64,000 nucleotides of DNA from Phoronis australis (Eukaryota; Animalia; Phoronida): assembly GCA_002633005.1 (NCBI GenBank), contig NMRA01000020.1:478942-542941 (forward strand), read 5' to 3'. Positions within the stretch are counted from its first letter, which is position 1. Each line of letters starts with the position of its first letter. The translations under genes were made by a program, and so were the position numbers. Shown here in pieces: positions 51,998-63,470 of this stretch. A model generated the notes under the pieces. The model was not told where the DNA came from and searched no databases. It saw only the letters and a program-made list of their open reading frames with translations.

Positions 51998-54316
51998 GAA
52001 ATGAATAATTGAAGCATACCTGTCATGAAATCAATAATTGAAGCATACCTGTCATGAAATCAATAATTGAAGCATACCTGTCATGAAATCAATAATTGAA
52101 GCATACCTGTCATGAAATCAATAATTGAAGCATACCTGTCATGAAATCAATAATTGAAGCATACCTGTCATGAAATCAATAATTGAAGCATACCTGTCAT
52201 GAAATCAATAATTGAAGCATACCTGTCATGAAATCAATAATTGAAGCATACCTGTCATGAAATCAATAATTGAAGCATACCTGTCATGAAATCAATAATT
52301 GAAGCATACCTGTCATGAAATCAATAATTGAAGCATACCTGTCATGAAATCAATAATTGAAGCATACCTGTCATGAAATCAATAATTGAAGCATACCTGT
52401 CATGAAATCAATAATTGAAGCATACCTGTCATGAAATCAATAATTGAAGCATACCTGTCATGAAATCAATAATTGAAGCATACCTGTCATGAAATCAATA
52501 ATTGAAGCATACCTGTCATGAAATCAATAATTGAAGCATACCTGTCATGAAATCAATAATTGAAGCATACCTGTCATGAAATCAATAATTGAAGCATACC
52601 TGTCATGAAATCAATAATTGAAGCATACCTGTCATGAAATCAATAATTGAAGCATACCTGTCATGAAATCAATAATTGAAGCATACCTGTCATGAAATCA
52701 ATAATTGAAGCATACCTGTCATGAAATCAATAATTGAAGCATACCTGTCATGAAATCAATAATTGAAGCATACCTGTCATGAAATCAATAATTGAAGCAT
52801 ACCTGTCATGAAATCAATAATTGAAGCATACCTGTCATGAAATCAATAATTGAAGCATACCTGTCATGAAATCAATAATTGAAGCATACCTGTCATGAAA
52901 TCAATAATTGAAGCATACCTGTCATGAAATGAATAATTGAAGCATACCTGTCATGAAATGAATAATTGAAGCATACCTGTCATGAAATCAATAATTGAAG
53001 CATACCTGTCATGAAATCAATAATTGAAGCATACCTGTCATGAAATCAATAATTGAAGCATACCTGTCATGAAATGAATAATTGAAGCATACCTGTCATG
53101 AAATGAATAATTGAAGCATACCTGTCATGAAATGAATAATTGAAGCATACCTGTCATGAAATGAATAATTGAAGCATACCTGTCATGAAATGAATAATTG
53201 AAGCATACCTGTCATGAAATGAATAATTGAAGCATACCTGTCATGAAATGAATAATTGAAGCATACCTGTCATGAAATGAATAATTGAAGCATACCTGTC
53301 ATGAAATGAATAATTGAAGCATACCTGTCATGAAATGAATAATTGAAGCATACCTGTCATGAAATGAATAATTGAAGCATACCTGTCATGAAATGAATAA
53401 TTGAAGCATACCTGTCATGAAATGAATAATTGAAGCATACCTGTCATGAAATGAATAATTGAAGCATACCTGTCATGAAATGAATAATTGAAGCATACCT
53501 GTCATGAAATGAATAATTGAAGCATACCTGTCATGAAATGAATAATTGAAGCATACCTGTCATGAAATGAATAATTGAAGCATACCTGTCATGAAATGAA
53601 TAATTGAAGCATACCTGTCATGAAATGAATAATTGAAGCATACCTGTCATGAAATGAATAATTGAAGCATACCTGTCATGAAATGAATAATTGAAGCATA
53701 CCTGTCATGAAATGAATAATTGAAGCATACCTGTCATGAAATGAATAATTGAAGCATACCTGTCATGAAATGAATAATTGAAGCATACCTGTCATGAAAT
53801 GAATAATTGAAGCATACCTGTCATGAAATGAATAATTGAAGCATACCTGTCATGAAATGAATAATTGAAGCATACCTGTCATGAAATGAATAATTGAAGC
53901 ATACCTGTCATGAAATGAATAATTGAAGCATACCTGTCATGAAATGAATAATTGAAGCATACCTGTCATGAAATGAATAATTGAAGCATACCTGTCATGA
54001 AATGAATAATTGAAGCATACCTGTCATGAAATGAATAATTGAAGCATACCTGTCATGAAATGAATAATTGAAGCATACCTGTCATGAAATGAATAATTGA
54101 AGCATACCTGTCATGAAATGAATAATTGAAGCATACCTGTCATGAAATCAATAATTGAAGCATACCTGTCATGAAATGAATAATTGAAGCATACCTGTCA
54201 TGAAATCAATAATTGAAGCATACCTGTCATGAAATGAATAATTGAAGCATACCTGTCATGAAATGAATAATTGAAGCATACCTGTCATGAAATGAATAAT
54301 TGAAGCATACCTGTCA
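51998..54316. repeat. 29-bp tandem satellite, ~80 near-identical copies (GAAAT[C/G]AATAATTGAAGCATACCTGTCAT), in INTS10 intron 10
   Basis: Directly visible; no spacers. Confidence 0.98.
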
Positions 54317-54644
54317 GACCAATGAAGAAAATAATGTTACAGTTAGTTTTCAAAATAAACTGGACAATGTTGACATTCAACAAAGTTTCGACAATAAAAA
54401 TCTAACAAACATTCATTTCTTTTTTGTCAAAAATGGAATCAATGCTGACTAAATCCTCACAAAATCTCAGAAGGTGTTGCACCATACACTTTGTCAAGAT
54501 CAACTTACTAAGCAAGGCCAGTCACAAACAAACTGTTAACGACTACTGGATTACTTAATTTTTTGAAAAAAATCTGCAAAGGCTGACAATTATCAACAGT
54601 ATGCAAAAATGAATTAGCTATCTATCTGCCAGGGCCACACTGAC

Positions 54645-54799
54645 CTTTTTCCACTGTGTCTCTTGAGTGCAGCAGATCCCACAGTCGGACTGCTGTCACG
54701 AAACTATCCACCATTTTGTTTGTGCCCTGACCCTGTTCTCCGACCATATGTATAATGGGACAGCTAGAGGCTGTTTTGGACTTCTTTGCAACGGGTGAA
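54645..54799 (-). CDS. INTS10: INTS10 exon 10 (SPVAKKSKTASSCPIIHMV...SFVTAVRLWDLLHSRDTVEK)
   Basis: ttttttcag| and |gtcagt, 155 nt. F..A...W.LL.S motif recalled for INTS10. Confidence 0.88.
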
Positions 54800-55240
54800 C
54801 TGAAAAAAGTGGCAGAAGAACACAGCTGATTAATTCTGTTTTCTATGTTTATGATTTTAGCAAACATTAGAATGAGGATTTGACTCTAATGCCAACAGAT
54901 GGCATGGTAGTGCATTCATAGGTGTAAACATTAGAATATTAGCACGTTCCCAATTCACCATCCATGGCTACAGACACAACACAACAAACGCAGCGCAGTT
55001 CAGAGCATTTTTGTTGCAGGGGTGTGGGATAGCGACACTCATGGGCTTAAATCTCATTTTGCGAAAACACGAATCTTGGAGTAAGACAACCAGGTACTAA
55101 AAGTTCAAGTATAGTTTATTCTAGGCTATGAGAAGGTACAGTTACATAACTGACACGAGAGGTGTAGCAATCGCCAAGGAAATTAACAGTCCCTAGATTA
55201 TGTAAAGACTGTGGGAGAGACTGCAAGATGAGATACGTAC

Positions 55241-55313
55241 CTGCAAGTGTTGTCTCCTGCGGTCAAACCCTCAATTAAAACCAACGGCAGCTGAGTTGAT
55301 GATGCACTACACC
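55241..55313 (-). CDS. INTS10: INTS10 exon 9 (GCSASSTQLPLVLIEGLTAGDNTC)
   Basis: tctatag| and |gtacgt, 73 nt. Restores phase between exons 8 and 10; has a PLVL-E motif. Confidence 0.82.
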
Positions 55314-56437
55314 CTATAGAAAACAATGGGTTTTGAGATTAGGAGTAAGCAAAAAAGTAATATTTGGCTTATCTTTAAAACATAATATCTAAAAAAGGCT
55401 AACTGCATTCAAATGAGACCACCAGATAGTCTGGCTCATGAAGTGTTCTCAAACATGATATTAACAGGCCGGGGATAATTGCAAAACGTATCGCTCTCAT
55501 GAAAGGTTCAATTGAAATTTGATGCTCTTATGACTTTTATGAAAAAAATCTTCTCTCACAAAAACGGAAACTTGCAATTTAATTTTGTAACGTTTCACGA
55601 CAAATCAAGTTGTGAAATGACTGCAAAGTGGTTGGTCAGCCACTTTATTTTTATACTTTGTGTTAGAGCCGTCATAGCATTTCTGTATTGCTGTATCATA
55701 CCAAGAATGTATTTTACCCAATATCAGCATGATTTAAGAGCTCTGGAACACCTGGTGAATGCAACTAAGGCCCTCAATTAAAGCAGCACATCTGGGACAA
55801 AACTGAATATCGCAGTAGGCTTTTTGCTCTCACAAAATCGGTACTAACAGGATTCCATTTCGATTACCAACTGACAAGTAACGTGATCACAGGCAAGCGT
55901 CATTATAAAATATGTAATTTTGGGGTTGGGCAACCCCGATAAATTCAAAGCTGGTTATGGTTTTCACGTTCATATTGTTAACGTAATGGAATCCTATGAT
56001 GGTGAAGATTATTATGAGGCGCCGATTTTATGTGAGTAAAAGGCATAATATCGATTTTCAGTTAAACTGGACAGAATGCAACTTCAACGTCACAACTGGG
56101 TAATGGAGAAATCTCCTCAGTGAATGGTTGCCATCCTACAATACCTGGCATTATATTTAGAAAACAATAGATGACCATAGGCTAACTATCAGATATTCAC
56201 AGTAATATGAAGGAGTGTAGTACACTCCTTGGTAATATGAAGGCCTGCAGAGAATCATTTAGCACTCAATGAGTATTTTTAGACAATATGAGAAATGCAG
56301 AAAGAAGTTATCCAACAACAAATGTTGTATCATTTTTAACGAACAATGTATCAAGAAGAGATTGTGTGACTTTTCAAGAACTAGTAATCGTGTAGTGTTG
56401 CTACGGTTACTGGATGCATAAAACCACAAAAAGTTAC

Positions 56438-56592
56438 CTGCAAATAGGTGTGGTTCAACTTGACTGGTGTACTGGTAACAGCATTCTAGGTAAAGCGTTG
56501 TGGCATAGTACAGCACAGGTTTGGTCAGGGAAGAGTCAACGTGTAGCGACCGCTCATACAGAAGGTTGACCGACTGAAACTGGGCGTCCAAA
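56438..56592 (-). CDS. INTS10: INTS10 exon 8 (LDAQFQSVNLLYERSLHVDSSLTKPVLYYATTLYLECCYQYTSQVEPHLFA)
   Basis: AG/GT bounded, 155 nt, phase 2->1 fits the neighbouring exons; open in the ORF track. Confidence 0.87.
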
Positions 56593-57030
56593 CTGCCAAT
56601 AGATTAAGGAACCGAGAGGTATTTACCAAAACAGCTCAAAAAATCTTTGAAACTTACTTACTACCTTTTTTAAAGTTTCGATGAAAATTGAGTTATCAGA
56701 ATAATTTAACAATAAATAGCCAGCGTAAACTCAACATCTTTGCTTCGAAATTTCCCAAATTTTCTGTTGAGAAGGTATTCGTCAATACCTTTTGCAAACA
56801 ACTCTTCACAGAACGAATGTCATAGAAACTCACTGAAGAAAGACAATGAGTAATTGCACTAACTGGAAGAGAAAACAACATGAATGACCGAGTAGTCCAC
56901 ATGCACAGTTAGTTGTAAGCACAGAAAATGTGCGACCAAACTGTCACCAGTACAATGCAGTGCTAAAAACGCAAAGTCAAAGCTGCGATCTCTGGACCAA
57001 CACTGGCTATGAGCAGGGAATTTCAAATAC

Positions 57031-57205
57031 CTGGCCTTCTTGTTGAATATATCAATGGCTGGCCACTCCATTTTCTTGCCAGCCAATTCCAGCACTTGAT
57101 GAAGTCGCTCAAGGGGTTTTGAAATGTGAGCCTCCTTTTCACTCAGGCCGGCGATGGTCAACGTCCGTCGTCCCGATGAAGTTCTCTTAGTTGGAGACTT
57201 CAGAT
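57031..57205 (-). CDS. INTS10: INTS10 exon 7 (DLKSPTKRTSSGRRTLTIAGLSEKEAHISKPLERLHQVLELAGKKMEW...)
   Basis: AG/GT bounded, 175 nt. Resembles human DLMSPSKR...IEGLTEKSSQIVDPWERL. Confidence 0.9.
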
Positions 57206-57575
57206 CTGGAATATGTCATCGTCAAACATTAACACCAAGAGCAAATGGCACCAACTTGTTCTACATAACTAAGTCAATTATTACCCAGCACTATGCTTAA
57301 ACATCACAACCCGTTTTGCAAATTTTTCTAACAATTCGAAAAAGAATAAAATTAGAGCAATAGTGAGCATTGGCAAGCCTTCAGTGTGCATTGAAAGCAG
57401 CACAGGTGCGAGGGATGTTTGTTATTTCAAACTCTTCACAAGAGGGGGCAGCACAAGTAAACTAAATTGCCTCCATGGGGCGGAACCCTAGTGATCTGAA
57501 AATTCAGCTTTAATTTCTAGACCCGTAAACACCCACACAACCTTGAATGAAACAAAAACCGGTCATTCTAAACAC

Positions 57576-57725
57576 CTGGTGAGAGAAGGCCTGTATCTGA
57601 TTGGACGGGTGGTTGAGCGACATAGCTGATGTAAAACTCTATAGACTTCTGTAACCATCTGTAGATCTGCTTCTGAGGCACGTTGAGAGAAGGATGAGCC
57701 AGTACAAGTGGTAACACATCATCAA
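57576..57725 (-). CDS. INTS10: INTS10 exon 6 (VDDVLPLVLAHPSLNVPQKQIYRWLQKSIEFYISYVAQPPVQSDTGLLSP)
   Basis: AG/GT bounded, 150 nt. Resembles human VCDVLPLII...LYKYLNKAAEFYINYV. Confidence 0.9.
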
Positions 57726-57734
57726 CTGGAGTGG

Positions 57735-57825
57735 AGAATACAGATTCAGACATCTATGAATACTTAGCATCAGACAGCTGAGAATACATATTCAGACATC
57801 TATGCATACTTAGCATCAGACAGCT
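57735..57825. repeat. 46-bp x2 duplication next to the exon 6 acceptor
   Basis: agaataca.attcagacatctatg.atacttagcatcagacagct occurs twice. Confidence 0.85.
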
Positions 57826-58341
57826 ATGTCTTGTGAATCAGACAGAGCAGTGTTAACTATAACCCAAAAGCTGCAGTTTTGCCCATTCCTACTAGTGAAG
57901 TTTTGTGTACAAAATAATTTCTATTAATAAAGTATAGTACAAACGAAATGAGCTAATTCAGGGATATTTTACAGTTGCATATTAATATAAATAAACAAAT
58001 TCAGGTGATATGACTTCTGTCGTCATAATTGTTTCAATATAAAAATAACAAGCAAATGTACTAATTTATCAAAAATCGATTAGATATGAGAGCAAAACCT
58101 TTTTGGACGATTCTCTAATGATTTACAACTAATTGATTTTTGATTTGCCTCAAAATTTTGTCCAAACAATTATAATAAAGCTAGACAAATAACAAAATTA
58201 GCCAATGAACTAAATTTGCTTCAAAAGACATGTACAGCTATCCCACTGACACTTATATATCAGACAAGCAATTCAAAATTTATTCCCAGAGGTTACATTG
58301 GATTGACATTCCTAAGTTAAGCTACCCAAAAGCCTCATGAA

Positions 58342-58470
58342 CATGCTGCCAACAGGATCTCTGAGGTATCCTTGACACACTTACCATGCTGACAACAGGA
58401 TCTCTGAGGTATCCTTGACACACTTACCATGCTGACAACAGGATCTCTGAGGTATCCTTGACACACTTAC
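58342..58470. repeat. 43-bp x3 tandem repeat starting exactly at the exon 5 donor
   Basis: Minus-strand unit GTAAGTGTGTCAAGGATACCTCAGAGATCCTGTTGTCAGCATG. Confidence 0.95.
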
Positions 58471-58552
58471 CCAGGATTTTTCTGTAACAGTTTAGGCATG
58501 AAGGAAAGTGTGCATGCTTCTCTGTGGAAATGAGCTTGTCAATCAATGGAAC
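58471..58552 (-). CDS. INTS10: INTS10 exon 5 (VPLIDKLISTEKHAHFPSCLNCYRKIL)
   Basis: tattttag| and |gtaagt, 82 nt. NCYRK corresponds to human NCFRKLF. Confidence 0.9.
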
Positions 58553-59626
58553 CTAAAATAAAAATAATGCAAATAGTTTATAAATGTGATTGGGTTCACT
58601 CCGCCTCAAAGTCATAAGATAACAATATTCTTTAGCTTCTATTATCAACTGCCAACAGAAGCGATTAAAACATTGAGAGAAAATGATTTGTCAATGGCAA
58701 ATTCCTAATTGTTCCTCATTTATAGCAGAAATTGGCAATTTTACTTAAATGTTCTATTGGAAAATAAAAATCAAAATAATGTAACAGAGCAAGTCTCCAC
58801 TGAACCTCAAAATATGTATTTTCTCTCATCAGGCATTCGTTTCAGTTCAATTTGCACATGATAACGATCAACTTTCCATGAAAGCAAAAGAAGGAAACAC
58901 CCTTCTCCTAAGCCTGTCGCTAGCGAAGTGCCCGACACATACAGTCGCGCCCACATGCCCACGTAACAAAGGCGCACTGAGACGCAACAAAGACATCAGC
59001 ATAAGAATGACTGAACATTTGCAACTAAATAAGAATAACAATAAGCGTAAAGTTACGAACGTCCCGTCACAATAATAAAGTCAATATTTTCATGGCACTC
59101 ACTTTGAGAATTTTTTTACAAAACAAAAAGACAAGCGAAGAACTTTTACCATATATCACATGACCACAATGGCTTTGAATAAGGAATAGGTGGTATAATG
59201 ATTCGGAATACATTTTGGTTTAAGGTTTTAAAACAACTGGGCAAGAACCTACACTCGTACGTTGAAACCACAACTGCATAGCATTCGTTGATGATGTCAA
59301 AAGTCAAAAATACACTCAGGTACTATGTACTTGCCTTCAGCCAAAAGGACTAAGATTTGATCGAGACCATTTTACCACACTGCTACAAAGCTGGTGTCAA
59401 ATTGTTTCTTACCCAGTGTTTTCTGGTCTTGCATGGTCTGGGACCAAAACTTATGGAGCGTAGAGAAATAAGGTAGTGTCTGTTCTTCCCAAGGCTAAAA
59501 GTTACTTCCACTCTAGGCAAGGAACAATAATGGTAAGTATATTAGATCAAACATTGGCTTAATGTCGGAAGGTGGCATTAATAGCACCTGTGTAGTGTGT
59601 GACAGTTAAGGACTCTGTAGACTTAC

Positions 59627-59766
59627 GCCGTGCTCAACAATCAACTGAGGGAACCGGGTGACGAGTATCAACATCATGCGGCATTGATCCAAGATGGCCG
59701 TCACATCCTGTGAAACACTGAGCAAGATCTGGCACTGGACAGAGCTCGGAACCGCAGCAAACACAT
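59627..59766 (-). CDS. INTS10: INTS10 exon 4 (DVFAAVPSSVQCQILL...MMLILVTRFPQLIVEHG)
   Basis: ttttttgtag| and |gtaagt, 140 nt. Resembles human LFETLPGRVQCEMLL...LLRRFPETVVQHG. Confidence 0.92.
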
Positions 59767-60252
59767 CTACAAAAAAGGCAAACATGACGCAAATTGCTTT
59801 ACCAGCAGGAATACTAGCAAGGGTTATATTTCTTGGCTACTCTACATACAGCTGAATATTTCCAGTTGATGTTCTTTCAAACCTGTATTAGTTGGATGCC
59901 TAAACAAGAGGCCATCAAACAAAAGCAGGTATTTCTGCCAAGGACACAAAATTTTAAAAACTGAAAAGCAACAATAACATAATAAGTACCAACATCAACT
60001 TAGACAGATCATGTGTTGCATCCGTGACTTCATTTAAAATTGCTAAACAAGGTCCTCACTGACCTGTGTCTTCCGACAGAGGAAATTCAGAATACTTTTC
60101 CAACCACGGGTGTTTACAGCACACGGAAATGAAAATTTAAGATCAGAGGTTGGTTTAATGAGGTGAATGGATGGGGGAATTGGTGGCAACATGGAACTGA
60201 ACTCGTCTGAGAGTGGAGGAAAAACCCTAACAGTTTATAACAAGTTGGTCAC

Positions 60253-60356
60253 CTTTCAAAAACAGTCCGTTACAGTCAGTAGCATCACTCTGGATAGCCT
60301 CAGAAATATCCTGTACTTCTCTTTGCAATCGGGGCTCTTTTGGAAACTTAACGAAC
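60253..60356 (-). CDS. INTS10: INTS10 exon 3 (FVKFPKEPRLQREVQDISEAIQSDATDCNGLFLK)
   Basis: AG/GT bounded, 104 nt, phase-compatible. Resembles human [24 protein letters not shown]. Confidence 0.9.
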
Positions 60357-60716
60357 CTGTACAAAAGGTCAATGACAATTGATTTACCCTTAGGTTAATA
60401 GATTACTCACATTTTGCAAATTAGGTTACTAGCAAAAGAAATAATTATAGTAAACAGAAAACACAGTTCTCCACCAACTAATTGTAATTACAAGTCTACT
60501 AAATCCGATTATATCTAAATTGTTTCCTAATTAAATCCTCAAGCTAAATTATTCAAGACCTTTAATGCACATCTTTTGATCATAGTTATTTACAGGTGTC
60601 CCACATTTTGAGAACCAGTTTCCTCCACTGAATACCAAGCATCACACTGGTTCTCAAAATCTGCTCACCAGTAAGGGACTAGCGGGCACGTGTAGGCCAC
60701 GTACATTACCACTGAT

Positions 60717-60885
60717 CAGAATCATACTGTTTTGGTGTTTCCCAGAGCTCTGCATTTTAATGTCTATAAAGAGCAGAATCATACTGTTTTGGTGTTTCCC
60801 ATAGCTCTGCATTTTAATGTCTATAAAGAGCAGAATCATACTGTTTTGGTGTTTCCCATAGCTCTGCATTTTAATGTCTATAAAG
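60717..60885. repeat. 57-bp x3 tandem repeat, INTS10 intron 2
   Basis: Unit CAGAATCATACTGTTTTGGTGTTTCCCATAGCTCTGCATTTTAATGTCTATAAAGAG. Confidence 0.95.
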
Positions 60886-60922
60886 TGGCTGAAATACAAG
60901 AATCTGACCAAACTATACTAAC

Positions 60923-60990
60923 ATGTCTTGGAGTAGTTTGGCGGCTTCCTTGGTATTCTTGCTTGATTTCTCCAAACCGTAGGCTTCAAA
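60923..60990 (-). CDS. INTS10: INTS10 exon 2 (FEAYGLEKSSKNTKEAAKLLQDM)
   Basis: ttcaatag| acceptor and |gttagt donor, 68 nt, frame continuous. Resembles human [23 protein letters not shown]. Confidence 0.9.
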
Positions 60991-62341
60991 CTATTGAAAC
61001 AAATGAAGAACAATATTACATTACGTTACAGAGAATATTTTCACAGAATTTTATGTTGCGAGTTTAAATTTCTTGGGCTTTCTGGTTTACAGAAAATTTT
61101 CATTACTGGCTCCTGGCAATAACTATCACCTGGTTGACAATATACATGGACGATTACCCAACCATAACTCAGACATTCAAATGATACCTTTATTGTCTGT
61201 TATACAGTTTAAAGTGTGGAACTTGCAGGCTAATTCCTAATCTCTGTGATTGTTTGGCCAAATTACTTAGAAACCCAACGTATGGCGACGATGTGAATAG
61301 GAAGTAGGTTGTAAATTGCCAAATGTTTTTGAGAACAAGTTTTGTGGAGAAAATAATCCACCACTAATCACTGACCAATGTCCAGTAAGTATCATGATGT
61401 GCTGCTGGGAATAATTAACACTGCAGGATGCGGGCTATGTGAACCCACCAGGTATATCATTACTGCAAACTAAGGTCACCTATTTGCAGAATTTTTTGTT
61501 TTCACAGTTGTTGATGAATACAACTGCACTTTTTTAACGTAGATTATGACATTGTCATTAGGTTCCTGCTATACAATAGCATAGTGAGGAGCATGCAAAC
61601 GCATCTCTAAAAGAAACACGAGTCTAATGAAGGTCATTTACTGTCATGAATTCTCATGAAGTTAATTAAGTGCAACTATCCCAACAAAACAGTTTATGTT
61701 ATATAACAATTCCGGACATCTTGTGTTGTTTACTATGCCACTGACCAGTGCCCACTCATAGTGAAACCCCATTATGCCAAACAGCTGTCCAGACTCCATT
61801 CCTGTTTATGAGTTGGATGAAATCACCGGAACTCTCAATATTATTGTTGTTTTGCACTCACAACCCACACATATTTCTAATATATATTGTAGCTAGAGTT
61901 AATAAACTTTATGTGTCAGTAGAAACTCAACGATTGTGTTAGCTTTTATGCTGCTCTCCATCGACTTGCTGTTGCTACCTTGTTAGCCAACTATCTACCA
62001 TTCAACCAAGAACCGGGTAACCCCATCTATACTACCACGACCATCCCCACATTAGTGGAATCAGTCACATTATCAGTGTCTCCACATCAATTGCTGATTT
62101 CTCCATCATTTACTTGCGTCACTTTCCCTCATTTGTTAACAAAGGGACAATTTGATTCACTAACCCGTGCCAAATTGAAGTGCGCCACATCAGTTTGGTG
62201 CAGGCATGAGTGTGGGCTGCAACAACACCCGTAAGTCACGTTTCACAACCAGTGATACGCACAGAAACGGATAATAAAGACTAGTGACTGAGAGTGTGAC
62301 CACACATTGAATTGTTTCTCCAAGCAAATTCATAAACGTGC

Positions 62342-62479
62342 CTGTATGGAAAAGTTATCAGGGAACAATGTCTTTGCAGTGATCAACCAGCTTCTTGCTG
62401 CATAGCAGTTTGTCTTCAAACACTCGCTAGCTTTTCTAACAAGCCATTCAGCATCACCTTCTGATCTGGAAGTCGCCAT
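62342..62479 (-). CDS. INTS10: INTS10 coding exon 1 (MATSRSEGDAEWLVRKASECLKTNCYAARSWLITAKTLFPDNFSIQ)
   Basis: Matches the recalled INTS10 N-terminus (human MSAQGDCEFLVQRARE...AAKAWLITARSLYPADFNIQ). 138 nt, phase 0, followed by a GC donor (CAG|GCACGT). Confidence 0.93.
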
Positions 62480-62659
62480 GATGGATAAATACTCTCTAAA
62501 ACAAATATACTGCAAGCTTCAACATAAATTTGTGATATATAGCATCTTTGTAAAATCGCAAAAGTAACTAATTTTTTATTGCGTTATATAGAAGTATTCA
62601 TTTATTTTTGTTTTGTAATAAAGCTATAACATTCTATAGGTTCTTGGGTAGGTCACAAA

Positions 62660-62750
62660 ACAATGCAACTTCCTGTGTCGGTGTTTCGCGCTTTTAGTTC
62701 TAAAGCAAACACAGCCACACACATTTTGGGATTTGTCATCCAATCAAAAG
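62660..62750 (-). promoter_or_regulatory. Putative INTS10 proximal promoter (ETS-like ACTTCCTG, CCAAT)
   Basis: ACTTCCTGT at ~62668 and CCAATC at ~62740, 190-260 nt upstream of the ATG. Motif evidence only. Confidence 0.3.
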
Positions 62751-62902
62751 TATCGCGAAACATGGTGAGAGCATCACGTTTCTTGAATTAATAACGTGAA
62801 GTGTGAGAGTTGCCACGCTCTGCAATTCATGTTGCTGTCCAACTCGCATGCACGGCCGCACTCCAGAGTACCCGCCACGGGCCTGTAGTCGTAGGCGTAG
62901 AC

Positions 62903-63470
62903 GTAGACAGTGACCACTGTCTCTTGTTGTACTATAGACGGTGTAGCTCATATAGGAACTTTATACACCTAACACTGACTAAAACCTCAAAGCTGCGTTG
63001 TTATAAATACCTTTTGCGCATAGAGGGACACCTTAGCCATTCCGTTGACGTTTTTAATTCCTGCCACCTCAAGTAAATACTCCCGTTATCAAGCTTTTTC
63101 TTCGAGCAGTCCTTCGTTTAGTTCCCAGAATTGGAAACTCAACATTTTTAACACTGTCCGCGGCAGGTGGTATGATGTCATATCCCCTGGCCCTGGTGTG
63201 CACAGTGTAAAACTGGCCCAATTTTGGGAACTGAATGAGGGACTACTCGAAGAATAAGTTTGATAATGAGAGTATTTGTTCGAGTTGGAAGGAATTAAAG
63301 ACATCGACGGCCTCCTAAGGTGTCCCTTTATGTGCAAAAGATATTTATAATATCGTGACTGAGGATTTAGTCAGACTGAGGCATAATTCGCCGAAAAGCT
63401 TCCAGCGTATCAAGCTCCTATACGAAATTCACTGTCTGTAGTTCAGCTAGAGACAATGGTCACTATCTAC
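62903..63470. mobile_element. Foldback MITE with ~250-bp inverted arms
   Basis: GTAGACAGTGACCACTGTCTC... pairs with ...GAGACAATGGTCACTATCTAC; the arms are complementary over most of their length. Confidence 0.75.

Noticed and set aside
51998-54316. CRISPR-like array of 29-bp repeats
   Set aside because: Repeats are head-to-tail with no spacers, there are no cas genes, and the array lies in a eukaryotic intron.
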